Shown in pieces: positions 1 to 8,241 of a stretch of DNA of 32,000 bases. Numbering within the stretch: position 1 is the stretch's first letter; each line of letters opens with the position of its first letter. The position numbers were made by a program, and so were the translations under genes. The stretch comes from Hyperthermus butylicus DSM 5456 (GTDB lineage Archaea > Thermoproteota > Thermoprotei_A > Sulfolobales > Pyrodictiaceae): positions 480,001 through 512,000 of the forward strand of contig NC_008818.1 in the NCBI RefSeq assembly GCF_000015145.1. Reading direction: 5' to 3'. Below the pieces are notes generated by a model, which was not told the origin of the DNA, searched no databases, and was given only the letters and a program-made list of their open reading frames with translations.

Positions 1-357
1 TATCTCTCCTATCTTCTTAAGGGCTTGCTCCGAGTATTCTATGAAGCTTCTAGCAGCTTCTATAACAGCCTTCCTTACCTCCTCAACGCTTGTATAACGT
101 CTTTCTTCAAGGACTCTTAGGACATAATTAACAGCATTAGGTAGGCTCACAGCTGTGGGCCTAGTGGATATGAGTAGCTCGCCGGTAGCACGCATATAGT
201 TTACAAACTCGTCCACACTGCCTCCCTGAAACCTCTCGGCAGCAATCATTAATGCCCGAGCTGCAGCCTTCGCTATCCTGCCCGCCCCACGTATCTTCAT
301 AGTCTTAATGTCCTCGGCTATGCTTGTGACCTCCTCCGGAAACTCCACGTAGGTCAC
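1..357 (-). CDS. Ribose-1,5-bisphosphate isomerase (eIF-2B alpha/beta/delta family), N-terminal 119 codons; the rest lies beyond the window edge
   Basis: Absent from the ORF track because it is open at the edge. Hand translation of the minus strand from GTG at 357-355 gives VTYVEFPEEVTSIAEDIKTMKIRGAGRIAKAAARALMIAAERFQGGSVDEFVNYMRATGELLISTRPTAVSLPNAVNYV...ALKKIGEI with no stop down to position 1. The IRGAG and TRPTAVSLPNA blocks match my recollection of the Thermococcus kodakarensis TK0185 R15P isomerase N-terminus. The start lies 6 nt after the upstream stop, inside a GAGGAGGTG context. Confidence 0.8.
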   Translation of the reverse strand, partial: MTYVEFPEEVTSIAEDIKTMKIRGAGRIAKAAARALMIAAERFQGGSVDEFVNYMRATGELLISTRPTAVSLPNAVNYVLRVLEERRYTSVEEVRKAVIEAARSFIEYSEQALKKIGEI

Positions 358-363
358 CTCCTC

Positions 364-1338
364 TTAGGATGGTTTTGCACCTATCTTCTTTAGCTCCTCC
401 CTAGCCTTGGTGAATAGTTTTTCGAGGCTCTCAAGCCTTGGCGGCCACTCTCCAAATTCCTCCTTGACTAGCAGGGGTACAGCCTCCGGCGCTATGAGCC
501 CCTTCTCAGTGGCAAGTGCATCTATGAGGTGTGGAGGTACGAACTCGAAGAGTGGCGCGTAGCCTTTAATGCCTAGCTTCTTGTGGCTCTCCGGTACTAT
601 CTCCTCTTGCAATGCTGGCGACTCCACCATTAGCCCATAGACGGTTTCGGGGTAGAACTTGTATGTTCCCGCTACGACAATCACTCTAACCCTTGACTCG
701 TTGGCTGCAAGTGCCAGTAGCCCTGCACCGGTCCTCGCTATGATGCTTCCATCGGCTGTTACTGCGTCAGCGCCTATCAATGCCTTTGTTGCCTCACGCG
801 CCATAAACCTCATTGCAGAGTCCACGATGAGTGTTACGTCTATCTCCAGTTTTGTGAGCGCCTTGGCCATCTCGATGCCGTCTAACACGGGCCGCGACTC
901 TGCTACTATGACGCGTATAGTCTTGCCCATTGCCACAGCCTTCTCTATGGTCCTCAGCACGCTCCTGCTATAGCTGTGCGTCAATACAGTATCTCCGTTT
1001 TCTAGCCTCCGGGCGGCGATCTCTGCTGCAGCCTCGGTCTCTTCTATCATTCTCCTCAGCAGCTTCTCAACATTTTCCTCGACAAGCTCTTTAAGCCTTG
1101 GTATGTTATCATATTCTCCATGGGCGATAACAGTCAGTAGCTCGCGAGAAGCATTGATGAGGGGTGCTGAGAAGGGCCTCGCAGCGAGGCTAGCCTCGAG
1201 ATAGTCTAGTGCCTCTAGTAGCCCCCACACATCTTTAGCGCTTGATATGAGCTGGCGGAACTTCTTTAGGACTTCCTCAGTAGCCTCAGTGGCTCCAAGC
1301 ATGTTGATGCCTAGGGAGGGGCTTTCCGGTTTAGACAA
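364..1338 (-). CDS. aIF-2B alpha-like protein (eIF-2B alpha/beta/delta family paralogue, probably not an isomerase)
   Basis: 324-aa ORF with family blocks ARPFSAPLINA, VLTHSYSRSVL, VAESRPVLDG, IGADAVTADGSI and FEFVPPHLID. THSYSR resembles eukaryotic eIF2B-alpha (THAYSR) rather than the THCHS of R15P isomerase. Confidence 0.85.
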   Translation of the reverse strand: MSKPESPSLGINMLGATEATEEVLKKFRQLISSAKDVWGLLEALDYLEASLAARPFSAPLINASRELLTVIAHGEYDNIPRLKELVEENVEKLLRRMIEETEAAAEIAARRLENGDTVLTHSYSRSVLRTIEKAVAMGKTIRVIVAESRPVLDGIEMAKALTKLEIDVTLIVDSAMRFMAREATKALIGADAVTADGSIIARTGAGLLALAANESRVRVIVVAGTYKFYPETVYGLMVESPALQEEIVPESHKKLGIKGYAPLFEFVPPHLIDALATEKGLIAPEAVPLLVKEEFGEWPPRLESLEKLFTKAREELKKIGAKPS

Positions 1339-1379
1339 GGCCCTATAACACCTAGGCTATACACCTTACAATACCCCCT

Positions 1380-2606
1380 TCAAAAACTATCCTCCTCGGC
1401 GTGGACTATTCTCCCGGCAATGATCGTGTAGACAGGTTTGCCGCCAGCTAGCAGTGCAAGGGCAGGGTTTCTTGTGAGGAGGCTCTGGGACAGTCCTCTT
1501 ACGCGGTAGACCACGAGATCTCCTGGCGAGCCATGCTCTATCTTGCCGGTTGCTGTGAAGGATAGTATGTTTGCTGAGCCCTCGCTAGCAGCTGAAAAGA
1601 CGTCGGCGGCGCCGACCCTGCTATCCCAGTATACGTAGCGCTGGAGGAGCAACTCTACTGTAGCGGCTAGGCGGAGATCAAGGAAGGAGTCCACAAGGCC
1701 TAGGCCTAAGCCGACACGTATACCAGCATCCAACGCCTCTCTCAGTGGGAAGTGGCCGCCAGCCCCATGCAGCATGTCATGCACCGGGTTGTGGACTATT
1801 GCTGAGCCCCTGGAAGCTATGTAGCCCAACTCCCAGCTTGAAACCCAGCCACCACCAACAATAACCGTATCCTTGCCTAGCACGCCTAGCTTCTCTAGCC
1901 TCTCAACGGGGAAGAGCCCCCACTTCTTCTTAGACTCATACACATCCCTCTTACTAGTTGAAGCATGTATAAATAGAGGTATGCTCTTACTGCGTGCCAG
2001 TCTTACAAGCTCTTGTAGCTCTTTGTCATCGACAAGCCTTGATGCAAAAACTTCAATGCCAATAGACATTAAGTCTCCATAGTTCCCTAGCTGGTTGCAT
2101 TGCTTGTCAAGCTCGGAGGCAAGTCTCTCTACATGGCTCCAGTTGGGGATGTAGGCTATGTTTGTCTGCACCCTCAATCCATGCTCTAGAAGCGTTTTGG
2201 CAGCTGGGAGCGGGTCCACGGTAGCTATGGCGGCTCCACACATCCCGAGACTCGGAAGCTCTGTTGCTAGCCTTTCTGCAGTTTGTATTAGTCTTTCCCC
2301 GCTGAGCCTAGCAGCTTCGAGTAGTGCATCATCAAGTTCTCCGTGCATCACGCTGCTGTAATCGGTGCCCAACGGAGCTAGAACCATGTTAGCAACATAC
2401 ATGCAGGGTGCGACTACAAGCTCTTCTTTACAGTCAACCTCAACAACATCACGGCCCTTTACAGCCGAGGGAGCAGTCATTAACCCGTCTACCACGGCTA
2501 TGTCGGCTGGGCCCTCAATGCCGCAACGGGCACAGCGCAGCAGTAGGCAGCGCCTTAGCACGATAGCCTCCGGAGCCTTCACGGCTCTCTGCCCCAGGCG
2601 AGTCAT
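1380..2606 (-). CDS. Amidohydrolase-superfamily protein (MtaD/DadD/chlorohydrolase-like deaminase fold) with a degenerate N-terminal metal motif
   Basis: 408-aa ORF. It has family-like blocks FIHASTS, AIVHNPVHDM and DAGIRVGLGLGLVDS, and an N-terminal beta region (ADIAVVDG...VVEVDCKEELVVAPCMYVANMV). The usual PGxxNxHxH block reads PCMYVANMV. Confidence 0.75.
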   Translation of the reverse strand: MTRLGQRAVKAPEAIVLRRCLLLRCARCGIEGPADIAVVDGLMTAPSAVKGRDVVEVDCKEELVVAPCMYVANMVLAPLGTDYSSVMHGELDDALLEAARLSGERLIQTAERLATELPSLGMCGAAIATVDPLPAAKTLLEHGLRVQTNIAYIPNWSHVERLASELDKQCNQLGNYGDLMSIGIEVFASRLVDDKELQELVRLARSKSIPLFIHASTSKRDVYESKKKWGLFPVERLEKLGVLGKDTVIVGGGWVSSWELGYIASRGSAIVHNPVHDMLHGAGGHFPLREALDAGIRVGLGLGLVDSFLDLRLAATVELLLQRYVYWDSRVGAADVFSAASEGSANILSFTATGKIEHGSPGDLVVYRVRGLSQSLLTRNPALALLAGGKPVYTIIAGRIVHAEEDSF

Positions 2607-2671
2607 TGACGACTACTGGTGACAGCCGGGGTAACAGCTACATCTACCCAACGCCTATGCCGTGAGATGGG

Positions 2672-3160
2672 GTGGGTCTATTGCTTCGCTGGGCTATAGT
2701 CGTTACCAGCGACAAGGTGAAGGCTAACCCCGAGCTTGACCAGATAACCCCGATGGCGAGAGAACTCATTGCCGCGAGGGGCCACGATATCGTCTATACT
2801 GCTATCGCTGGAAATGATAAAGTCGAGATACTCCATGCTATTGCCGAAGCTCTTGCGAGAGGGGCCGATGTGGTACTGGTAACCGGTGGCACGGGACCCA
2901 ACCCGAGGGATGTATCAGCGGATATTGTCTATTCCCTATGTGAGCGAGCACTACCTGGTATTGGTGAGGAGTTTAGGAGGAGAAGCATCGAGAAGGGAGT
3001 CGTAAACGCTATGCTAAGCCGTGCAGGTGCCTGTGGATTCGCGGGTAGAGTGCTAGCCGTCAGTCCAGGCAACCCTGATGCTGCAAGACTCATGTTGGAG
3101 TTACTATTCGAAATAGCTGGGCATGTTGTTGAACAGCTTAGAGGGGCTAAGCACAGCTAG
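2672..3160 (+). CDS. moaB: Molybdenum cofactor biosynthesis protein B (MoaB/MogA family)
   Basis: 162-aa ORF with GTG start. It carries VVTSDKV, the VLVTGGTGPNPRDV signature, GIGEEFRR and LSRAGAG...VSPGNPDAA, which is the typical MoaB/Mog domain layout. Confidence 0.85.
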   Translation: MGLLLRWAIVVTSDKVKANPELDQITPMARELIAARGHDIVYTAIAGNDKVEILHAIAEALARGADVVLVTGGTGPNPRDVSADIVYSLCERALPGIGEEFRRRSIEKGVVNAMLSRAGACGFAGRVLAVSPGNPDAARLMLELLFEIAGHVVEQLRGAKHS

Positions 3161-3179
3161 GACTAGTGGATAGGGCGAC

Positions 3180-4007
3180 ATGCATGAAGTAGGTATGCTC
3201 TGCAAGCTCCTCAAAATCCTGGCCTCGAGACTGTCGAGGGCTGAGCAGAAGCTCCTGGAGAGAGGGCTACGGGAGGCAGCACGCAAAGGAGATGTCGCTG
3301 CACTCTACCATTACTCAACGCTGATAGGGAGAACAGTATATATGGAGAAGCCGTCCCCGTCATGGCCAGGCTTCTTCAAGGAGTACACGGGTTGCCAGCG
3401 GCTAGCCAGGCTGCCACCACCGGTCAGCACGGGCGGGCTCGATGTCCTCGAGGCTATAAGGAGGCGGAGAAGTAGACGCAGCTACTCTCCGAAACCGCCA
3501 AGCCTTGAACACGTTGCAACGCTACTCTACTACGCGGTTGGGGTTACAGGGTGGAATGCCGAGTGGCCGCTACGTAGCTACCCCTCAGCCGGCGGTCTCC
3601 AGCCCCTTGAGGCGTATCTCGTTGCAGGTAGTGTGGAGGATCTCGAGAGCGGTATATATCACTACAATCCTCGCAGCCATAACCTCTGCATGCTGCGTCC
3701 TGGCAACTACATGACGAGACTAGCCGACATAAGCCTTGGCCAGGAACATGTCGGCGAGGCGCCAGCTGCAATCATACTCACTGCAGTCTATACCCGAACA
3801 GCAAGCAAGTATGGTGCAAGGGCATATCGATATATCCACGTAGACGCAGGTGCAGCTGTGCAGAATGTTTACCTTGCAGCTGAAGCTCTTGGACTTGCAA
3901 CAGTTGTTGTCGGGGCCTTCCACGACGAAGAGCTGTGCAGTTTCCTCGGCATAGATTGTTACGAGGAGATACCCATAGCTGTAATGCCGTTCGGGTATCC
4001 TGGCTAA
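3180..4007 (+). CDS. SagB-type dehydrogenase domain protein (nitroreductase superfamily)
   Basis: 275-aa ORF with RRRSRRSY, LRSYPSAGGLQPLEAYLV and SGIYHYNPRSHNL, plus the C-terminal nitroreductase core (RAYRYIHVDAGAAVQNVYLAAEALGL...VGAF). This matches the SagB/ThcOx-type domain pattern. No YcaO or cyclodehydratase gene lies nearby. Confidence 0.8.
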   Translation: MHEVGMLCKLLKILASRLSRAEQKLLERGLREAARKGDVAALYHYSTLIGRTVYMEKPSPSWPGFFKEYTGCQRLARLPPPVSTGGLDVLEAIRRRRSRRSYSPKPPSLEHVATLLYYAVGVTGWNAEWPLRSYPSAGGLQPLEAYLVAGSVEDLESGIYHYNPRSHNLCMLRPGNYMTRLADISLGQEHVGEAPAAIILTAVYTRTASKYGARAYRYIHVDAGAAVQNVYLAAEALGLATVVVGAFHDEELCSFLGIDCYEEIPIAVMPFGYPG

Positions 4008-4118
4008 CTAGTGGGAGTGTGGAACAGAGAGAACAGAAAATGTTTAGTTACCTCTCAAAAGGTTAGCTTTATAAGTAACAACACGAAATTGTTCCAATTA
4101 TACTGTTGGGTGAGCGGT

Positions 4119-4286
4119 ATGAGCTTCAGGCTACGCCGACTACTCCGCAGGCTAAAGGGAGGCAAGGTAGCTAGAAACGCCGATGTATCAGCAACATTCA
4201 TGGCTGAGGCTAGCAGGAAGCAGAGAGGGTATGAGCTGGAGCTGCCACTAACAGTTGCAGCACTCTATAACACGGCAACAAGATAG
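4119..4286 (+). CDS. Hypothetical small basic protein (55 aa), speculative
   Basis: An internal ATG of track ORF 4011..4286 is preceded by a strong TATA-like box TTTATAAG (4068-4075) about 45 nt upstream and by GGTGAGCGGT just before the ATG. The product is MSFRLRRLLRRLKGG... and I recognise no family. Confidence 0.25.
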   Translation: MSFRLRRLLRRLKGGKVARNADVSATFMAEASRKQRGYELELPLTVAALYNTATR

Positions 4287-4307
4287 ATGTGAACGCGAAA
4301 ATCGTGG

Positions 4308-5645
4308 CTAAACGGGTCTGACATAACCCCATTTTTCTAGTGCACGTGCCAGCTCACGGTGCTCCCTGGCATACTCGTCTAACGATATGCCCTTCATGGC
4401 TGCTTCTACTGCCTGCCTCACAGCTCTAGCACCAGCTTCTGGGCCATCGGGGTGGCCTAGAACTCCACCGCCAACCTGCATTATTATGTCCTTGCCCATA
4501 ACCCTTATGACTTCCGGTAGTGTTCCTGGGTGTAGGCCTCCACTAGCAACTGGGAAGACGGGCTTAATATTGCTCCACGGCTGTTCTAGGTGGAAGAGGT
4601 CGCCCTCCTTGGGCCGGTAGTACTGCTCTCTAACAATCCTTGTATGCTCTAGAACCTCCCTAGTCTTTGCATCCATTTTGCCCACGCCGGGTGTCCCCAC
4701 ATGTACATGATCTACACCAGCCATCCTGGCTAGCTTGGCTACTAGGAACATTGAGACGCCATGCTTTGGGTTTCTCGTGAACGCTGCATGGAACGCGCGG
4801 TGGCCATGTATGGCCAGGTCGTATTCCTCTGCCAGCTCCCTCGCGTGTTGGAGGGCTGCCCAGCCAGCTGTGAGAAAGTCTATCATTATGAACTTGTTCC
4901 CATAGTCTGCCACAAGCTTTATACGCTTCTCCATCTCCCTTATTGGCGCTGTAACGTTTGCTAGGTAGCCTTTGCGCTCTCCTGTCTCTTTCTCGGCCCT
5001 ATCAATAGCCTTCATTACCTCTTTAAGCCTAGCTTCAAACCTGCAGAAGGGCTGGCTTGCAAAGTTTTCATCGTCCTTAACTAGGTCTATGCCGCCGATA
5101 AGGATCTCATAGGCTACCCTGCCGTACTCCTCCGGGGTGTAACCGAGCTTTGGTTTTGGCACGGTTGCAAGTATCGGTCTATCCTTGATGCCGAGTATTT
5201 CGCGTACACCCTGGATGCCCTTATTCGGTCCTGGGAAGGTCTCAAGATAGCTTGGTGGGAAGTAGACGTCCTCGACACGGAGACCAGCAATAGCCTTCAT
5301 GCCGAAGATGTTGCCTAGAATGCTGCTAGCAAAGTTTGGTATGCTGCCTTCCTCGAAAAGCTCGACAGGATATGCAACCCATACCAGCCAGCTTCCATCG
5401 CCAAGGTCATGGAATCGGTAAGCCTTAGCCTTTAGCTTCTCAAACCAGCTAGGCTTAACGCTCAATGTTGTCCAGGTACCCACGCTGCTTTCGGCAGCTA
5501 TACGGCCAGCTGCATCCTTTATTGAAATGCCCTGGGCTGGTGTAACACGGAAAACGGCTATGACCTCGTCCTTGCCGGGCTTATAGCTTTCGTCGACAAA
5601 CTCGAGGTAGATGCTGTCAAAGTGCTCGTGCATAGGGCTGTACAC
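4308..5645 (-). CDS. rbcL: Ribulose-1,5-bisphosphate carboxylase/oxygenase large subunit, archaeal form III
   Basis: 445-aa ORF with AAESSVGTWTT, GGIDLVKDDENF (the carbamylated-Lys motif), IHGHRA and GGGVLGHPDG. The track start is GTG at 5645. The ATG at 5633 (MHEHFDSIYLEFVD...) aligns better with the T. kodakarensis RbcL N-terminus (MVEKFDTIYDYYVD...) and has AGGTG upstream. Confidence 0.95.
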   Translation of the reverse strand: MYSPMHEHFDSIYLEFVDESYKPGKDEVIAVFRVTPAQGISIKDAAGRIAAESSVGTWTTLSVKPSWFEKLKAKAYRFHDLGDGSWLVWVAYPVELFEEGSIPNFASSILGNIFGMKAIAGLRVEDVYFPPSYLETFPGPNKGIQGVREILGIKDRPILATVPKPKLGYTPEEYGRVAYEILIGGIDLVKDDENFASQPFCRFEARLKEVMKAIDRAEKETGERKGYLANVTAPIREMEKRIKLVADYGNKFIMIDFLTAGWAALQHARELAEEYDLAIHGHRAFHAAFTRNPKHGVSMFLVAKLARMAGVDHVHVGTPGVGKMDAKTREVLEHTRIVREQYYRPKEGDLFHLEQPWSNIKPVFPVASGGLHPGTLPEVIRVMGKDIIMQVGGGVLGHPDGPEAGARAVRQAVEAAMKGISLDEYAREHRELARALEKWGYVRPV

Positions 5646-5683
5646 CTAGGAGGCCTAATCTCTAGAGTCGCTATAGCTCCAGG

Positions 5684-5694
5684 CTTATATATAA
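5684..5694. promoter_or_regulatory. Near-palindromic TATA element CTTATATATAA between divergent rbcL and the peptidase gene
   Basis: It is the only strong A/T box in the 71-bp divergent spacer. It lies about 25 nt upstream of the 5717 GTG, which would imply a leaderless or very short leader mRNA. It lies about 45-55 nt upstream of the rbcL starts on the other strand. Confidence 0.4.
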
Positions 5695-5716
5695 TGGTGT
5701 CGCTGCAGCTGGACAT

Positions 5717-8227
5717 GTGGTTGGAGAGTGGTTTGGAGGCTGTATAGGCGTGAGAATATTCATGTTCGTGGGGTTACTCCTAGCAATTGTAGCGGCAGTT
5801 GTACAGCCCATAGCTGCTCACGCCACGCCAGGAAATAACACTGCACGGATAGTTCTCGAGGGAGTTGTAGGCCCTAACGGCTATGCAGCAGTCTACGCAG
5901 AGTTATCCTATAAGGCTTGTAGAGTATCGGGGGTTGAGGGTGCTGCTAAGCCGGCCTTGGCAGCCAAGCCTGTTCTCTTTGCGTTTGCGCCGGATCCAGC
6001 CCTATGGCAAGCCTTGAACAACATAGCTGTAGCCTTACCAGCACAAGTGCAATCTACCATAGCTGTCGAGCCGGCTTACGACGGTGTTGAGGTTCTAGCA
6101 GTTGTACCCGGTAAGCCAGGCTCAAAGGTTAGTGTTGAATTGTCATGCCTGGGCTCCGGGATCAAAACCGATGAGGACGATGGGCCTGGAATGATTATAA
6201 TTGTGCCTGATGATACTCTCGTTGAGATGTATGCAGAGGACATAGCTAAGCTGCATCGGGAGATGGGACTCAATGTACGCATAGTAACGACGAGCTATAT
6301 TTATGAGAACTATCCCGAGGCTGAGCTGCCAAGTGACGTGTGTAGGCCTGGAGAGACGGCACCAGAATACAATGAGAGCCTTGCTGCAAAGATAATCTCG
6401 TTCCTTAGAGAAGCTGTTGATGCTGGTGTAAACTACGTACTTATTATTGGCGGTGCTGCTGAGGTGCCACCAGTCTATGTTTGTAGTCCTATTCTCTCAG
6501 AGCTTGTTAGCCCACGGGAGGCAGCCATACCTTCAGACTACTACTACTCAGACCCAGACTACGATAACTATCTCGAACTAGCTGTTGGCAGGATACCGTT
6601 TACCGATGCTCTAAGCCTCTCCATGTACGTTAACAGTTTGAAGCGGTGGGTAGAGGGCGGTAGCTGGCAGAACAACATGTTGCTAGCCGGCGGCGCCCCC
6701 TTCGCCACCTCGCTCATGATCGGGGAATCGGCAGCCGAGCAAGCATACACCATACTCTCCCAGCTTGAGAACACTGCCAGAAACATCCTTGGAATCAGTT
6801 TTGGCAACTACCTCGGCCAAAGCTTCACCAGCTACATAGGGCTTTACGGTCTCTACTACCTCGTAGCCCATGGTACTGGTAGTGCTATGCTCGACTACGT
6901 GCCTGGCGGCCTCTGGAACTACGACTTCGAGCTAAAGCTCTCCCAGGCAGAAATCCTTGGTGGCAAGCCAGCAGTATACCTCACACCAGCTTGCAGAGTC
7001 GGTTACTGGGACTACGACCTGACACAACCTCCATTCATTCCGCCAAGCATAGGTGTAAAACTTGTCTCTCGTGGTGCGGCAGTAGCATTCATAGGCTACT
7101 CTAGAATAGCTATTGAAGCTATAACCGGTATCAAGGGCGACAAGGGCCTAGTAAGAGTAGAGCTCTCGGGCGCTGATGCGCCACTCCTACTCTTCATGCA
7201 GCATTTACCTAATGCGCCAACACTCGGCGAGGCGTGGCGTCGTGCTGTGAACTCCTACCTACTAACGCCAGGTAGCCACTACGTAGCATTCATGGTTGAA
7301 GGCGAGGAGGAGATAGGCCATCTCGTGTCGAGGGAGGCAGTGTACCTTGGTGATCCAGCAGCGCCGAATCCCTGGTACCAGGCCAGTAACACTACCAGCA
7401 CCGGTTGGGAGGCTCCACAGCTCCAGCCTCCCACGGGGGCTGTGGAGGTTGGTGTGGGCTTCGTAGCGATGCCAATAGCCAAGTACTCTGAGGGTGATAT
7501 ATGGGCGTTCAACCCAGCAGCTAACGAGACAGTCGAGCTAAGACTTGAGGGCAGCTGTCCAGCCTCGGTATCGGCGCTTGCGCTTTACCGGGTAGAAGGC
7601 TACGTATTCATAGACATGCAGGAACTAAATGTTACTACAACTAGTGGGGATGGCTACTGCGTAGTCATGGTTAACATTAAACGAGACAGTCCAGGTCTGG
7701 TCAGGCTTGTAACACTCTACAATGATGGTATAGGTGTATATTACTTCATAGCGGCGGGCAGCTACCTGGAGAACGATACCCTCCAAATACGCGGGCTAGA
7801 CATATTAGAGACGATCGGTGATGAACCACTCATAGTAGAGGCTAACGGTACAGTTGTATCGGTACTGCCTGGCGGTGCTACAAGCATGGCTATAGCGCTG
7901 GAGGAACTACCGGCAGGCGCATATATTGTACAGGTAAGGCCGGTACATCGTTACGACCTAATTTACGGTGGTGACATAATTGCCAGAGAAATGGCTAAGA
8001 TAGCGAAACTGTTCCAGGTAGAGGTCAGCGCTAACCCTAGAGGCTCCGAGGCCAATTCTGGTGGGGTGCAGGACAGCAAGCTAGCAGGTGATGAGTCTCC
8101 CTTAGTAGATGTTAGCCAGGATCTACACCGTGGCAATGAGGTATACCCAGTGTTCTATGCGGCAATAGCTGTCTCGGCAGTAATGCCGACAGCTATACTG
8201 CTAGTCTGGAGGAGGCAAAGACTATAG
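5717..8227 (+). CDS. Secreted, C-terminally membrane-anchored clan CD cysteine peptidase homologue (C25/gingipain-like)
   Basis: 836-aa ORF with an N-terminal signal-like segment (VRIFMFVGLLLAIVAAVVQPIAAHA; alternative starts GTG 5750 or ATG 5762). C25-like blocks are YVLIIGGAAEVPPVYV and SDYYYSDPDYDNYLELAVGRIPF. A His-Gly / Ala-Cys dyad follows hydrophobic strands: LYYLVAHG (His codon 6869-6871) and AVYLTPACRVG (Cys codon 6992-6994). There are many N-x-S/T sequons and a C-terminal TM helix followed by RRQRL. Confidence 0.7.
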   Translation: MVGEWFGGCIGVRIFMFVGLLLAIVAAVVQPIAAHATPGNNTARIVLEGVVGPNGYAAVYAELSYKACRVSGVEGAAKPALAAKPVLFAFAPDPALWQALNNIAVALPAQVQSTIAVEPAYDGVEVLAVVPGKPGSKVSVELSCLGSGIKTDEDDGPGMIIIVPDDTLVEMYAEDIAKLHREMGLNVRIVTTSYIYENYPEAELPSDVCRPGETAPEYNESLAAKIISFLREAVDAGVNYVLIIGGAAEVPPVYVCSPILSELVSPREAAIPSDYYYSDPDYDNYLELAVGRIPFTDALSLSMYVNSLKRWVEGGSWQNNMLLAGGAPFATSLMIGESAAEQAYTILSQLENTARNILGISFGNYLGQSFTSYIGLYGLYYLVAHGTGSAMLDYVPGGLWNYDFELKLSQAEILGGKPAVYLTPACRVGYWDYDLTQPPFIPPSIGVKLVSRGAAVAFIGYSRIAIEAITGIKGDKGLVRVELSGADAPLLLFMQHLPNAPTLGEAWRRAVNSYLLTPGSHYVAFMVEGEEEIGHLVSREAVYLGDPAAPNPWYQASNTTSTGWEAPQLQPPTGAVEVGVGFVAMPIAKYSEGDIWAFNPAANETVELRLEGSCPASVSALALYRVEGYVFIDMQELNVTTTSGDGYCVVMVNIKRDSPGLVRLVTLYNDGIGVYYFIAAGSYLENDTLQIRGLDILETIGDEPLIVEANGTVVSVLPGGATSMAIALEELPAGAYIVQVRPVHRYDLIYGGDIIAREMAKIAKLFQVEVSANPRGSEANSGGVQDSKLAGDESPLVDVSQDLHRGNEVYPVFYAAIAVSAVMPTAILLVWRRQRL

Positions 8228-8241
8228 ACTCTGCCACTCCT

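Noticed and set aside
659-973. A 104-aa + strand ORF antisense to the aIF-2B-like gene. Many similar 60-130-aa antisense ORFs appear in the track (e.g. 1873-2082, 2158-2622, 3505-3923, 4387-4964, 6076-7512, 13404-14264, 17687-19411, 21833-22551, 23495-24005, 25330-26175, 26507-27193, 28144-28356, 29249-30262).
   Set aside because: All lie entirely inside longer ORFs with clear family signatures on the opposite strand. Their products are low-complexity Ser/Ala/Pro/Leu/Arg-rich shadows typical of GC-biased codon usage, and no independent start context or motif supports them.
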